This document shows positions 20,091-30,478 of a stretch of DNA of 64,000 bases, piece after piece. Location of the stretch: contig JBBCKI010000049.1 of NCBI GenBank assembly GCA_037190965.1, positions 15,908-79,907 of the forward strand, read 5' to 3'. Positions within the stretch are counted from its first letter, which is position 1; each line of letters opens with the position of its first letter. The position numbers were made by a program, and so were the translations under genes. The DNA comes from Chthoniobacteraceae bacterium. Lineage in GTDB: Bacteria; Verrucomicrobiota; Verrucomicrobiia; Chthoniobacterales; Chthoniobacteraceae. Below the pieces are notes generated by a model that had not been told where the DNA came from, made no database searches, and was given only the letters and a program-made list of their open reading frames with translations.

Positions 20091-22232
20091 CTAGTCCCTC
20101 TTGAGATAACGATTTGCCGTCTGAGCCGGCATGTCAAAAACCCGGTTATCCCGAATCGAACGGCGCAGCTTCAGGTATTCTGCATGCGCCCAGACAAGCG
20201 GCATTGCGGAACCGGTGGGGCGGCCCAAGAAGAGATTCCGGTCCGGAATGTCAGCAGCGTCCCAGATTTGTTCGGGGAGAAACCCGGAAGAATTGGCAAA
20301 CGCTTCCATGGCTTTCATTAAGCGAATTGCTTCGTCACGGTTGCCGGCTGCCAGCTCATAATGGGCTCTTTCGCCTGTGAGAAGCGGCCAGGCTCGCCCG
20401 ACCCCATTTTCTCCTCCAGTGTAGGGCGAGCCGTCTGCGCCTTCTCCATACCGGTCGCCGTTGTAACGTTTCCAGCATGGTCCGAACGGCGTCTCAACCT
20501 TTAGAAGCGAGTCGATCACTTTCAACGTGTTCAAAATCCGGGGGTCGTGAGGCGATCGAAGCCCAAAGCGCACCAAAGCAAGTGCATCCGGACTGACAAT
20601 TTCCCCCGCCATGGACTTTGCCCCCTTCCAACCAGGGACAGAAATCGGACGATCTGCAATTGGCGTTGCGGCCGGTTCCGATGGAACCAGAAACGCGTAG
20701 TAGCCTTCGACACCGGTCCTTTTGGCGAGGTCGGTGCCTGAAACGTAGGTCCATTCCTCGATTCTTGAATTCCATGCGTCGGCTACCGTCCGCGCTTTCT
20801 CCGCAAAGAACGTATTTCCAATTCGCTCTCCATATTCTGCTGCGGCAAGGAGCGCGCTCACCATGACGGCAAGAGTGTAGGTCGAATACCCGGCCAATTC
20901 CTCCCAACGACCTTGTCGCGTTACCGGCCCGTTTTGGATAAGATATTCCACTGATTTTTGGACCGTCGGCCAAAAGGTGGAAAATTGTTCCTGGTCGAGC
21001 GTAGGCTCACGCGAACCGAGAAATGCCGCCAGGATCGGTAAGGCAACTTCGTCGAGTTGAATTCCACTCCAGTGGGGCGCTCCGTCCACCCACATGTTCT
21101 GGGGCCAGTGGCCATCGCATTCCTGAGTGGCGTGCAAGTAAGTAAGTACCCGGCGGGCTGGCTCATGGGCTCCCGCGGCAACCAACCCGCCGAACGATTC
21201 GATAAGGTCTCGCGTCCAGACCATGTGATAACCCGCTTCGCCATCGCCGCGAGCTTCCCCCCAAGGTGTGCTCAGGCTCGCCACCATAGCCCCCGAGAAA
21301 TCCTTGCTTTCGTGCATCTTGAGCACCTCGGCGCTGATGCGGTGCATCCGGTTATCGCCAAGATCGTGGTAACCCGAAAGATCCAATGAATTCTGCCAGG
21401 CCCGCCATTGCTGCGTGTACTCTTGTAAGGCAGCGTTGAAACCCGCGATCAAACCCGCCCGGGCATTAAGAGCGGCTCCTGCTGGCATTGATCCGAATCC
21501 CAGCGCGAGTTCGAAACATACCGGGGCATCATTGACATCGATTTCGGCTACCAACGCCACATTCCCATCCGGCGCGGACTCAAACTCCCACTGCATCTCC
21601 CCGTGCTGATGCACATCCTGCCAACCATCTGAAAAGCCGACATACCCGGCTGACATTCTCCGAAACGAGCGGGAGCACGCAAGCGCGAGCGACGCCGATC
21701 CCTCATCTCCCGCAGCTTGCGCGAAAAGCATCGGGGTTGATTTGAAATCTCCTATCCAGGCATCGTTCCCCCATCCATGATTTCCCAAATGGGGCGCAAG
21801 AAGGACGAAAAGACGCGCCTCAATCTGAAGCGGTTCAAACCGGACACGAATCAAAAATGCATCGCGGGCGGGATCGGCAACGATCTCCTGTTCGAGAATG
21901 TAATGCCCCTGCTTGCAGGTATTTTTCAACCGGTAAGCTGGAACGCCGGATTCAAGCTCGATCACTTCGGAAACAGTGTCGCGCCGTTGTTCGGAAAAGA
22001 ATCCCCGACCGTCCGCTACCATGAATTGAAGGTCACGTGTCGCCGCAATATCCAGGCGCGGATAAAAGGTTTCCGTCACGATTCCTTCGGCCAAGGTAAA
22101 CCAGACTCTGCTGCGCGGTGAATTTGCGGTTCCCACTCCGCTTTTGGAGGCACTGCTCCAGGCTGGCGCCAGGCCCGGGTGCCCGGGCGCGACCTTGAAC
22201 TTCTTTTGCACGTCAGCTTCTGCGACATTCAT
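20091..22232 (-). CDS. Glucan 1,4-alpha-glucosidase / glucodextranase (GH15)
   Basis: APG.PG..P.W....K.GVGTA N-domain; ASLSTPWG, YHMVWTRD, RWEE (acid), LPEQIW (base), AMPLVWAHAEY. Confidence 0.92.
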   Translation of the reverse strand: MNVAEADVQKKFKVAPGHPGLAPAWSSASKSGVGTANSPRSRVWFTLAEGIVTETFYPRLDIAATRDLQFMVADGRGFFSEQRRDTVSEVIELESGVPAYRLKNTCKQGHYILEQEIVADPARDAFLIRVRFEPLQIEARLFVLLAPHLGNHGWGNDAWIGDFKSTPMLFAQAAGDEGSASLALACSRSFRRMSAGYVGFSDGWQDVHQHGEMQWEFESAPDGNVALVAEIDVNDAPVCFELALGFGSMPAGAALNARAGLIAGFNAALQEYTQQWRAWQNSLDLSGYHDLGDNRMHRISAEVLKMHESKDFSGAMVASLSTPWGEARGDGEAGYHMVWTRDLIESFGGLVAAGAHEPARRVLTYLHATQECDGHWPQNMWVDGAPHWSGIQLDEVALPILAAFLGSREPTLDQEQFSTFWPTVQKSVEYLIQNGPVTRQGRWEELAGYSTYTLAVMVSALLAAAEYGERIGNTFFAEKARTVADAWNSRIEEWTYVSGTDLAKRTGVEGYYAFLVPSEPAATPIADRPISVPGWKGAKSMAGEIVSPDALALVRFGLRSPHDPRILNTLKVIDSLLKVETPFGPCWKRYNGDRYGEGADGSPYTGGENGVGRAWPLLTGERAHYELAAGNRDEAIRLMKAMEAFANSSGFLPEQIWDAADIPDRNLFLGRPTGSAMPLVWAHAEYLKLRRSIRDNRVFDMPAQTANRYLKRD

Positions 22233-22304
22233 AGCCTATTGGTACTGGTATTCGCGACAGAACCCCGGTTGCGCTCATTATCTTCAAATGTTCGGTCGAC
22301 GTGT

Positions 22305-23348
22305 TCAGCCGAGCCGAAGCGAACCAGAACGCCGACTCCTTCCGAGCCTCGGCTTTCCGGATGAAGCAAACCATCCTGCAAGGGCCGCTCCGAGGCCCAG
22401 GGCCGCCATCATGAGAACATTCCGATGCAAATCGACCCAAAGCTGCGGACTGAACCGATGCTCGCGGGAGCGGAATACGCCCTCCGTGGCATGCATCCCT
22501 TCCACGGGTCGCCAAAGGTTGTCGGGACGATTCGGATCCTCCTTTCCATCATACTGTTGTGAGCTATAGCCGTGCGTCGCGAGATAGTGATCGAGAAACG
22601 CCGGAAAAAGCTTGTTGCCGATAATGGCGGCAACGGTCGGCATTCCAACCCAGATTTCACGGCGGCGATGATGGGAGGCCCAGACGATCGCACGTGCAGC
22701 AACTTCCGGAGAATAGATGGGAGGGACGGGCTGTGCCTTGCGCGGAAGTCGACTTCTTACCCAGCCGAACTGCGGCGTGTTCAGAGCCGGCATCTGCACC
22801 ATCGTCAGCCGAATACGGCTGCGGTCATGGATCAGCTCACAGCGCAGAGAATCGCAGAAGCCTTCGATGGCGTGTTTGGCCGCACAATAGGCGCTCTGAA
22901 GGGGGATCCCCCGATAGGCCAAGGTGCTCCCGACCTGAATGATATGGCCCCGGTTGAGGGGCCGCATCCGCTTCAACGCGGAAAGCGTCCCGTAAACATA
23001 ACCAAGGTAAGTCACTTCAGTGACACGCTTGAACTCCTCCGGAGTCATCTCGACGATGGGAGAAAAGACCGAAGCCATTGCATTATTGACCCAGACGTCG
23101 ATTGCCCCAAAGTGCGCTTCAACGGCAGCGGCAGCCGCTTCCAACTGTTCGGGATCAGCAACATCGGCTTGGCAGACAATGGCGTCTCCTCCAAGTTCCG
23201 TCACTTCCCGTTTGGTCTCCTCCAGCGCCTTTGAACTCCGGGCAACCAACCCGATCCGCGCACCTTCCCGCGCAAACGCATGGGCAGTCGCACGGCCGAC
23301 GCCCGCCGAGGCACCGGTAATCACAACCACGCGAGCTTCCCTATTCAT
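22305..23348 (-). CDS. SDR family oxidoreductase
   Basis: TGASAGVG, NNA, YCAAK. Confidence 0.92.
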   Translation of the reverse strand: MNREARVVVITGASAGVGRATAHAFAREGARIGLVARSSKALEETKREVTELGGDAIVCQADVADPEQLEAAAAAVEAHFGAIDVWVNNAMASVFSPIVEMTPEEFKRVTEVTYLGYVYGTLSALKRMRPLNRGHIIQVGSTLAYRGIPLQSAYCAAKHAIEGFCDSLRCELIHDRSRIRLTMVQMPALNTPQFGWVRSRLPRKAQPVPPIYSPEVAARAIVWASHHRRREIWVGMPTVAAIIGNKLFPAFLDHYLATHGYSSQQYDGKEDPNRPDNLWRPVEGMHATEGVFRSREHRFSPQLWVDLHRNVLMMAALGLGAALAGWFASSGKPRLGRSRRSGSLRLG

Positions 23349-23427
23349 CGATTGTCAATCGCAGGGAACCCTCGGGATGGCGGTTACGAAGTGATGCGCT
23401 GAAACACCCCCCCGGCAACTTCGTCAA

Positions 23428-23808
23428 CTAGCGGAGAGGCAGACCCGCATATAAAATCAGCGCGCCTAAAATCACGCCCACCAGCGCCCAGAGTCGCATG
23501 AAAGTCGAGGTGCGCCGGAGCCACCATTGGATCATGGCATCGACCTTGGTCCGCCCTAGAAAGAACAAAACGAAGGCGACGGCGATGATGATGATTCCGA
23601 CAATGGAGATGAACGCCGGGAAACGCGTTTGAGAAGCTCCAATAAGAAAAACAATCCCCAACAGAAGGCGAATTCCGATTGTGACCGAGAAACGAACGGC
23701 GGTCCACCGCGATATAACCGCGACAAAACTCTGGGGCGCGAGCATTGCCAGCACGCTCATCACCATCACAATCAGCCCACCCAATGCCACGAGCCAATTC
23801 ATATCCAC
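23428..23808 (-). CDS. Small hypothetical membrane protein (about 4 TM)
   Basis: 126-aa hydrophobic ORF, co-oriented with its neighbours. Confidence 0.7.
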   Translation of the reverse strand: MDMNWLVALGGLIVMVMSVLAMLAPQSFVAVISRWTAVRFSVTIGIRLLLGIVFLIGASQTRFPAFISIVGIIIIAVAFVLFFLGRTKVDAMIQWWLRRTSTFMRLWALVGVILGALILYAGLPLR

Positions 23809-23917
23809 TCCCCTTCAAAATACACCCGTTTTGAGGATACGAAACGCCATCTTTCGCGACTCAAATACCCCAGGCAGTCCGGCTGGGCCATCGCTTCCCC
23901 CGCTTTCGCCAAGTCTG

Positions 23918-24457
23918 TTAACCTAACGCGGTTCGTCCACGCCTGAAGTCGAGGGTCTGGACGAAGATCCCGACTACTACAAGCGCGATTCCGATAATCC
24001 ATTTTAAAGTGGGCGAAATAGTCAGCGCATCACAGATCAGAACCGCCCCGCTGAAGGTGGTGAGGAGGATCAGAGCCCAGTCAAAAAGAAGTGAAACGAC
24101 AATTGCGGCAATGATCGCGCCGACAATGGACGCAAGCCAAAGGACGGACGGATCACTCCACCCGAACGCAATCATTAACCGGGCGGCAAGGGCGCCTCCG
24201 GCAAACCATCCCGCCACCGCGACGGCCACTCGCTGGAGCACAATCGCCAGAATGGCACCGACGATGGCGAGGGTCACGGCGACCAGGAAAATAAGGAGCT
24301 GCGATTGCCCGGGAATTAGCGTCGGCGCAAGGTTCAGGCCCGTAAAAAAGCCGACGCCGCCCACAAAGATCCAGAAAACGCGCCGCCCCACCAGAAGCAG
24401 CAAAAGGCCGATAATGATCGACAACGCGTCGGCAGTCGGATGATGCAGCATTTCCAT
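23918..24457 (-). CDS. DUF4203-like membrane protein
   Basis: IIIGLLLLLVGRRVFWIFVGGVGFF.G, about 6 TM, ..LTTFSGA.. motif. Start uncertain (24481 or 24457). Confidence 0.75.
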   Translation of the reverse strand: MEMLHHPTADALSIIIGLLLLLVGRRVFWIFVGGVGFFTGLNLAPTLIPGQSQLLIFLVAVTLAIVGAILAIVLQRVAVAVAGWFAGGALAARLMIAFGWSDPSVLWLASIVGAIIAAIVVSLLFDWALILLTTFSGAVLICDALTISPTLKWIIGIALVVVGIFVQTLDFRRGRTALG

Positions 24458-24603
24458 CGTTCTTGGATAATCCCCGCTCAAACTTTCGCGCGAGCGAAAC
24501 CGCGGAAGTTATTGCCCCCTCGATAGAAGATTCGGCCAGCAGAATCGCTCCGAATGGATCAAGTGCCGAGATTATCGACCCATTCAGTGGTGGAAAAAAC
24601 TTC

Positions 24604-26400
24604 TCAATCCCCGGCCGCGCCCATCCGGTTCGTCCCTGCCTGCGTTTGCTCTCCGGCTTCGTTGTTTACGTTGGCCTCGAGACATCCGTCGAAGCGATTG
24701 CCGTGGTACCAGGTTCCCTTGGCGCCCGCCGCAATATCAATTCCGAAACGTGCCGTGCTGCCGCCTCGATTTGGACTACCGGGGGGCTCGTTGCCGATCT
24801 TGCAATTGATCACATCGCCACCTACGGACGTCGCACCGACCTTGATCGCGGAATACTTACCCTTGTGCGCCTCCCGGTTCTTTCCGTCAAGGGATGGCCG
24901 GTAGATCTGCACCCCGCTGATGTGCCAGCGCTTGCCATTCATCTCCAGGCCGTTCTTGTAGGCGCCGATGACCTGCCCGCCGTAGATGCTCATATCCTTC
25001 GACTCCGGCCCCATATAAACGCAATTGCCCTGATACGATCTCATAAAGTGGGGGTTGTAGATCGCAACGCCGCTTCCCTCGTCGTTGTAAACGTACTCGC
25101 CGCCCAAATAATCGCCGCCGAGATAGAAAAGCGTGAGATCCTGGAAGCGCCCGTTCAAATTAGGCACGGTGCCAGGCTCGACGGGGTATTCCTTCGAACC
25201 ATAGGCATAGGTTTTTCTGGCCGGCCCCTTGGTTCCCGCTGAGTCGGTCCACGTCGCCGGTACCATGCGGTAGCCTTCCGGCACCATGAGCCTGTCGGAA
25301 GGGTCCACATTTTTGGCGCGGCTGATGTAAACCCCATACCGCACGTTCTGATTTTTCAGCGTGGCCCCATTAACCGAGGCGGCATTTTCCGTGCACCAGA
25401 GGCCGACGGTCCAATTCGTGGGGTCGGTCTCGAGCTTTGCGCTGCCAAAGCTCAGGTTTTCCACATAGAGCACGTGCGTATCGCGTTTAACCTTGTTGCT
25501 GGTCCCCATCTCGTAAAGCTCAGGAGCGCCGCCAAATTTGATGCCATATCCAATCTCCGTCGGTCCATCCGCCGTACCGTCCCCCGCGCGGATGCGGCTC
25601 ATCACCACATCGCGGATCATGAAACCGAGCCCGCGAAACAGACGAATGCCATTGTAGGGATTATTGATGCGCAGCTCCTCGATCACCAACTGGAAATTGA
25701 AGAACGCAAAAATGGCATTCCCTCCAGTTCGGGCCTTGGCGTCGATGGTCAACCGGGACAACTTGCCCCACCGGAGCTGGTTCACGCCGTCACCGAATTG
25801 GATGCAGTCCCCCTCACCCGGTCCGAAAAACAATTCGCTGCCCCCGGTGTTGTTGCCTCCCGGGCCCGTGCCATACAACACCGTCGCATCCTCACGGGCC
25901 AGGATCGTCCCCTGAATTTCATAACGGCCCCGTGGAACAAACGCCCCCTTGCCATAGGCCAGTGCATCATTGAAAGACTGCGTGTTGTCAAAACCCGGTT
26001 CCGGCTTCGCCCCGAACTGCAAAACATCGGGCCTCTCCTCCGCCAAAAGGTAGTACCGCCTGTCCTGGCCGTTGGCCTTTCCTACCAGATAGTGCGAAGT
26101 GGGACGATCCTGCATCTTCTCACCCCGCGGCTGATATTGCGGAATGGCGGTGCCGGAAAATACATAAAGCGCGCCGCCCTTCCCCGCCTCTGTATAACCC
26201 GTGGTGCGCACCGACTCAACCTCCGGTCCCAGGATCATGCCTTCCGCTTCCGCCCGCGTGCCCGCCGCCACTTCCTTACCAAAAGCAGAGAAGCCGAAGC
26301 ACGAAACGGTGACGCAGATGCATGCCAACCGGTAGAGCAAAAGAAACATCCTGTGCGAAATAGCGCGCCTTGTTAGGAAGAAGCCAGTGTCCTGGGTCAT
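24604..26400 (-). CDS. Secreted Pectate_lyase_3-type beta-helix protein (tailspike/depolymerase-like)
   Basis: Signal peptide; DVLQFGAKP..GFDNTQSFNDAL...FVPRGRYEI motif; parallel beta-helix repeats. Confidence 0.75.
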   Translation of the reverse strand: MTQDTGFFLTRRAISHRMFLLLYRLACICVTVSCFGFSAFGKEVAAGTRAEAEGMILGPEVESVRTTGYTEAGKGGALYVFSGTAIPQYQPRGEKMQDRPTSHYLVGKANGQDRRYYLLAEERPDVLQFGAKPEPGFDNTQSFNDALAYGKGAFVPRGRYEIQGTILAREDATVLYGTGPGGNNTGGSELFFGPGEGDCIQFGDGVNQLRWGKLSRLTIDAKARTGGNAIFAFFNFQLVIEELRINNPYNGIRLFRGLGFMIRDVVMSRIRAGDGTADGPTEIGYGIKFGGAPELYEMGTSNKVKRDTHVLYVENLSFGSAKLETDPTNWTVGLWCTENAASVNGATLKNQNVRYGVYISRAKNVDPSDRLMVPEGYRMVPATWTDSAGTKGPARKTYAYGSKEYPVEPGTVPNLNGRFQDLTLFYLGGDYLGGEYVYNDEGSGVAIYNPHFMRSYQGNCVYMGPESKDMSIYGGQVIGAYKNGLEMNGKRWHISGVQIYRPSLDGKNREAHKGKYSAIKVGATSVGGDVINCKIGNEPPGSPNRGGSTARFGIDIAAGAKGTWYHGNRFDGCLEANVNNEAGEQTQAGTNRMGAAGD

Positions 26401-26442
26401 TGAATATTTAAAGAATGAATTTCCTCGTTTCCTCGTGGCTCA

Positions 26443-27258
26443 TCAAGGCCGGAGGCCAGCGGACGCCTCGCTCTCAACATCAGTACCCGCAATTTTCTGC
26501 CGGGTCGTCACGGCATGAAAGCGCTTTTCGTAATCGGGATGGTTGGTGCCCATCATCCGGTCCCAGATATTGAAATAGAGACCGTAATTTCCACGAAAAT
26601 ACTGGTGATGCATCGTATGGTTGGTCGGCGTGTTCAAAAATTTGCCCAGCCACGATTTGAGAAACCAGAAGGGATAGATTTCGAACCCCGCGTGACCCAC
26701 GACGTTAAACGAAAGCTGCCACAGCATGAACAGGAGGAACGCCTGACCACAAATTGGATAAAGAAAAATCACCAGCGGAAAAATGGCCGCCTGAACCAAG
26801 GCCTCCAATGGATCGAAGGCATAAGCCGCCCACGGCGTGGGATTCGTCGACCGATGATGCGCTTTATGCATCAGCGGAAAGAGACGGGGGTGATGCATTA
26901 TCCGGTGAGTCCAATAAAAGTAGGCATCGTGCAGAAAAATCGTGATGACGATGCTGAGCCAGAACCAATCCCATCCGTACTTATCCATCCCTGAATAATA
27001 ATGCGTCCAGCCTTGGCGGATCGCAAGCACGGTCGCCAACCCCACGATTCCGTAAATGAAGCTTGTAAGCACCGAGAGCGCGAGCTCCCTGCGGACGTCT
27101 TGCCCCTTCGGAAATCTATCGATGATCTTGCGGTGCAACCAATGTCTCCGTCGGATCACGTAAAAGAAAACCCATAGCAGCCCCGCCGCCACCGCATAGC
27201 GGAAGAACTCGACGGAACCGATACCGATCACTTTTTTGAAGTCAAAGAGGTTCATCAT
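26443..27258 (-). CDS. Sterol desaturase / fatty acid hydroxylase superfamily protein
   Basis: His boxes HD.YFYWTHRIMH, HKAHH, GHAG, HTMHH; NYGLYF.IWDRMMGT. Confidence 0.9.
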   Translation of the reverse strand: MMNLFDFKKVIGIGSVEFFRYAVAAGLLWVFFYVIRRRHWLHRKIIDRFPKGQDVRRELALSVLTSFIYGIVGLATVLAIRQGWTHYYSGMDKYGWDWFWLSIVITIFLHDAYFYWTHRIMHHPRLFPLMHKAHHRSTNPTPWAAYAFDPLEALVQAAIFPLVIFLYPICGQAFLLFMLWQLSFNVVGHAGFEIYPFWFLKSWLGKFLNTPTNHTMHHQYFRGNYGLYFNIWDRMMGTNHPDYEKRFHAVTTRQKIAGTDVESEASAGLRP

Positions 27259-27342
27259 CGTTGAATTCAAGTCAATTCAGGAGCCGATGGTTTCCTCGTC
27301 CTGTTCAGGAAACGCTCGGACCGAAACCGAAAGGCGTCCTGC

Positions 27343-29502
27343 TCAGGCGGCCTTCCTTGCTCCTTTGCGCCGGAAGAAGATTGCGGCCGCAGCAGCCGCT
27401 CCAGCCAGCAAGGCGTAGGTCTGGGGTTCGGGAACGACCTGAAGGGAGACGATTCCGTTGGAGTAATCGAGCGAATAGGAATATCCTCCAAGGCCCGAGA
27501 TGCTCAGGTTCGAAAGGTTCACATCTCCCGTATAAGCGCTCGTGCCCGCGTCACTATAGAAGGCGAACAAATCGAATGTCCCCAACTGAGCGTTTGAAAT
27601 CGAAAGATTGACGTTGCTTCCAAGGACCAGGTCGCCGTCGGTGAAATTATAAAACCGGACCGAGTCGCTCGTGTTGGTAGCTCCAAGCTTGAATACGAAG
27701 GAAGAACCGTCGAGCATCGAGAGGCCGCCGGTCGTCCCTCCGAAATCGAAGGTCAAAGTGCCAATGTTTGCCGTTCCCGCGGCGATGCGCCCCCCTGATT
27801 CGACCGTGATGGCATTGGCCGACCCGAGGGCGACATAACCCAGCCCTCCCAAAGTTGCCCCGCTGTTAACCGTGACGGCTCCCACCCCAACCCCTGACCC
27901 GGTTGTATTGTTGACCAGCAAGGTTCCTCCACGGATCACCGTCCCTCCGCTATAGGTATTGCTGCCGGTAAGGCGCTGGGCTCCCGTGCCGATCTTTTCC
28001 AAGCCGCCCAAACCGCTGAGGACGCCCGTGTAACTGTTGGGAAGGTTCGAATTGTTATTTCCAACCCGCAGTGTGACAGCGGAAGAGGCAGTATCGTTAA
28101 GGGCGATATTTCCGCTCCCGATAAGAGTTCCCACAGTATAAGTGCTGCTCGTGGTCGAAAACCGAAGGCCGTCCGCCACACGCACGTTGACCGTGCTGTT
28201 TTGAAGGGCATTGGCGTGGCCCAAGGTAATGTTATTGTTGGGCGTTCCAGGGGCCACCTCGGTAGTGCCGCTGAAGGTGCTCGCGGCGGTCAAAGTCCAG
28301 GTTCCGCTGTTTTGCTTGGTGACCGTCCCGTTCGAGCCCGAAATGACACCGCCGTAAGTGAAGCTACCGGTACGGGCAACAACGAACGCCCCGCCGTTAT
28401 CCAAGCTCACGTCTCCGGTGATCGAGCCCAGGGAACCGCCGTTGCCAACCTGCAATGTCCCGGAACTGATCGTCGTCAGTCCCGTGTAGGTATTGGCGCC
28501 GGTCAACACCGTCGTGCCCGCTCCGATCTGCGAGACGCTGCCCGTGCCGGAAATCACGTTGCTGTGGATCGCGACATCGGAACGGTTGAAGCTCAACTGC
28601 GCATTGTTCACAATCGCTCCGGCCAGGGAACCGGAAGTGCCTCCGTCGCCCAGTTGAAGAACCCCTCCGGAGATCGTCGTACCCCCTGTGAACGTATTCG
28701 TTCCGGTCAAAATTTGAACACCGGTACCCGTCTTCGTAAAATCAAGAGTATTGCCCGATCCGCCATTGGCAATGGTCCCGCCGTAGGTGGAAGTGCCGCT
28801 ACCCGCGACAATCAGGTGACCAAGAGAACTCCCGCTTGAGGACTGGGTCTGAATGACACCGCCCGTTCCGGAGAGGCTCGTCGCCGACAAACCGCCGGTC
28901 CCCGAGGTAGTTCCCACGATATTGATCACCCCACCGTTCACCGTCAGGTCATTGAATGTGGCTGTTCCCGAGTTGGCCAGGATAAAACTCGCCGTACCGC
29001 CGGTTACCAGCGCGCTTCCCGTCGAAGAAAAGGCTTGGAGATACTGGGTTGCGCTTGAGCCAAACCTAACCGCCCCCCCGCTCAAAGTGATATTCGCGAC
29101 GCTCAACGACAGCAAACTTGAAGAACTTCCACGGAAGGTCAAAGTCCTGGACGAATTGATGTTCAAAGTACCGCCGATTGTCAGCGTGGAATCCGAACTG
29201 CTCGTTGCGTTGATGATATCGACGTCACGTACGGTACTGTTGAAGGTGATGTTATTAATCGCACGGCTTCCCTGAATCTGCAGAGCGCCGGTTCCGGCGT
29301 CATTAAAGCCCACAATATTGTCGGTCGAGGAAGGCACTGCGGCCGGAGTAGTTCCATCCACGCGCCAGTTCGAGGCGGTTCCCCAGTTGGCATTGGCAGT
29401 TGCGTTCCAGGAATAATCCGCAGCCTGGAGACTCGGCAGGAAAGAGGCTCCAGCCAATATCACGGCACCAACGAAAGGGAGGTATTTGGGGGGAGTGTAC
29501 AT
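27343..29502 (-). CDS. Autotransporter-associated beta-strand repeat protein with PEP-CTERM anchor
   Basis: Four K.G.G...LTG.NTY.G.T.I..G.L repeats; C-terminal VPEPQTYALLAGAAAAAAIFFRRK; signal peptide. Confidence 0.93.
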   Translation of the reverse strand: MYTPPKYLPFVGAVILAGASFLPSLQAADYSWNATANANWGTASNWRVDGTTPAAVPSSTDNIVGFNDAGTGALQIQGSRAINNITFNSTVRDVDIINATSSSDSTLTIGGTLNINSSRTLTFRGSSSSLLSLSVANITLSGGAVRFGSSATQYLQAFSSTGSALVTGGTASFILANSGTATFNDLTVNGGVINIVGTTSGTGGLSATSLSGTGGVIQTQSSSGSSLGHLIVAGSGTSTYGGTIANGGSGNTLDFTKTGTGVQILTGTNTFTGGTTISGGVLQLGDGGTSGSLAGAIVNNAQLSFNRSDVAIHSNVISGTGSVSQIGAGTTVLTGANTYTGLTTISSGTLQVGNGGSLGSITGDVSLDNGGAFVVARTGSFTYGGVISGSNGTVTKQNSGTWTLTAASTFSGTTEVAPGTPNNNITLGHANALQNSTVNVRVADGLRFSTTSSTYTVGTLIGSGNIALNDTASSAVTLRVGNNNSNLPNSYTGVLSGLGGLEKIGTGAQRLTGSNTYSGGTVIRGGTLLVNNTTGSGVGVGAVTVNSGATLGGLGYVALGSANAITVESGGRIAAGTANIGTLTFDFGGTTGGLSMLDGSSFVFKLGATNTSDSVRFYNFTDGDLVLGSNVNLSISNAQLGTFDLFAFYSDAGTSAYTGDVNLSNLSISGLGGYSYSLDYSNGIVSLQVVPEPQTYALLAGAAAAAAIFFRRKGARKAA

Positions 29503-29584
29503 GATTACTTAGGGGGGTAATTGTTGGAATGATTAAAACTGCGGACGGTTATTCTAGTTAGTCCAAAAATGTGCGCTTTTTAGT

Positions 29585-30445
29585 TTATTCCCACATTCCG
29601 GCTTCCTTCAGGCTTTTGTCAGGAGTTCTTGAAAAATGTTTGCTTACGAAATCCAAAACCGGCCCCAACCCGGCCTGAACGCTCGGAAAAGAGTGCCCCC
29701 CGGGCAGCCTGACCACCTCGTGGGAAATCTTTTCGTCGGTCAGGATCGCCGAAAGACGGTTGTTCATGGCGGCGTCAGAGGCCTTTTCCCCGATGACCAG
29801 AAGAATGTTGAGGTTCTTCAATTCCCTTGCCCGATTGATCGGGTTGAACCCGGGCCATCGGGCAGGATCATCGCCGAATGTAGCCGGAGTGAGCGGGAAG
29901 CGAACCCCTTCGGCCGGAAAGTCCACCACCGCAATGATGGTCGCCAAGGTCGAAAACGATTCAGGATGCCGGAGGCAGGCCCAAACCGAGCCAAAGCCCC
30001 CCGCCGACCAACCGCCGATGGCGCGCTGTGAGCGCTCCGGGCTGATCTTCAGAACCTTGCCAGCCAAAGCAGTGACTTCGTCCAGATAGCTGGCGAACTG
30101 TCGCGCGGGATCGAAGGGCGAATTGAAATACCAACCATTCTCCCCCTTGGGCAATACGATGACATAAGGCTGCCCGAGCAGTCGTTCCCGGCTCGCAGGA
30201 TCATCAATGAGCGTCTTTTCGTTGCGTCCCAGCCCGTGCAGGAAAAACAAGACCGGCCAAGGGCCTGGCTTCGACGAATAGTCTTTTGGAAACACTACAC
30301 TGAATGCCATCGGTTTCCTGAGGGCTTCGCTCCTGAAAGCATAGTGTCCGATACGGTCGTCCACTTGCGTCTCCATCACGCCCTCCGGCAGGGGAGCCGC
30401 AATCGCCCGTTGCAACAACGCCAGCAGTAAAATCCACTTCTTCAT
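29585..30445 (-). CDS. Secreted esterase (alpha/beta hydrolase, CE1-like)
   Basis: PVLFFLHGLG, nucleophile elbow GWSAGG, GGH; signal peptide. Confidence 0.88.
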   Translation of the reverse strand: MKKWILLLALLQRAIAAPLPEGVMETQVDDRIGHYAFRSEALRKPMAFSVVFPKDYSSKPGPWPVLFFLHGLGRNEKTLIDDPASRERLLGQPYVIVLPKGENGWYFNSPFDPARQFASYLDEVTALAGKVLKISPERSQRAIGGWSAGGFGSVWACLRHPESFSTLATIIAVVDFPAEGVRFPLTPATFGDDPARWPGFNPINRARELKNLNILLVIGEKASDAAMNNRLSAILTDEKISHEVVRLPGGHSFPSVQAGLGPVLDFVSKHFSRTPDKSLKEAGMWE

Positions 30446-30478
30446 TGGTTCGAAAACAGTCAGTCCTTCCGGCTCTTT

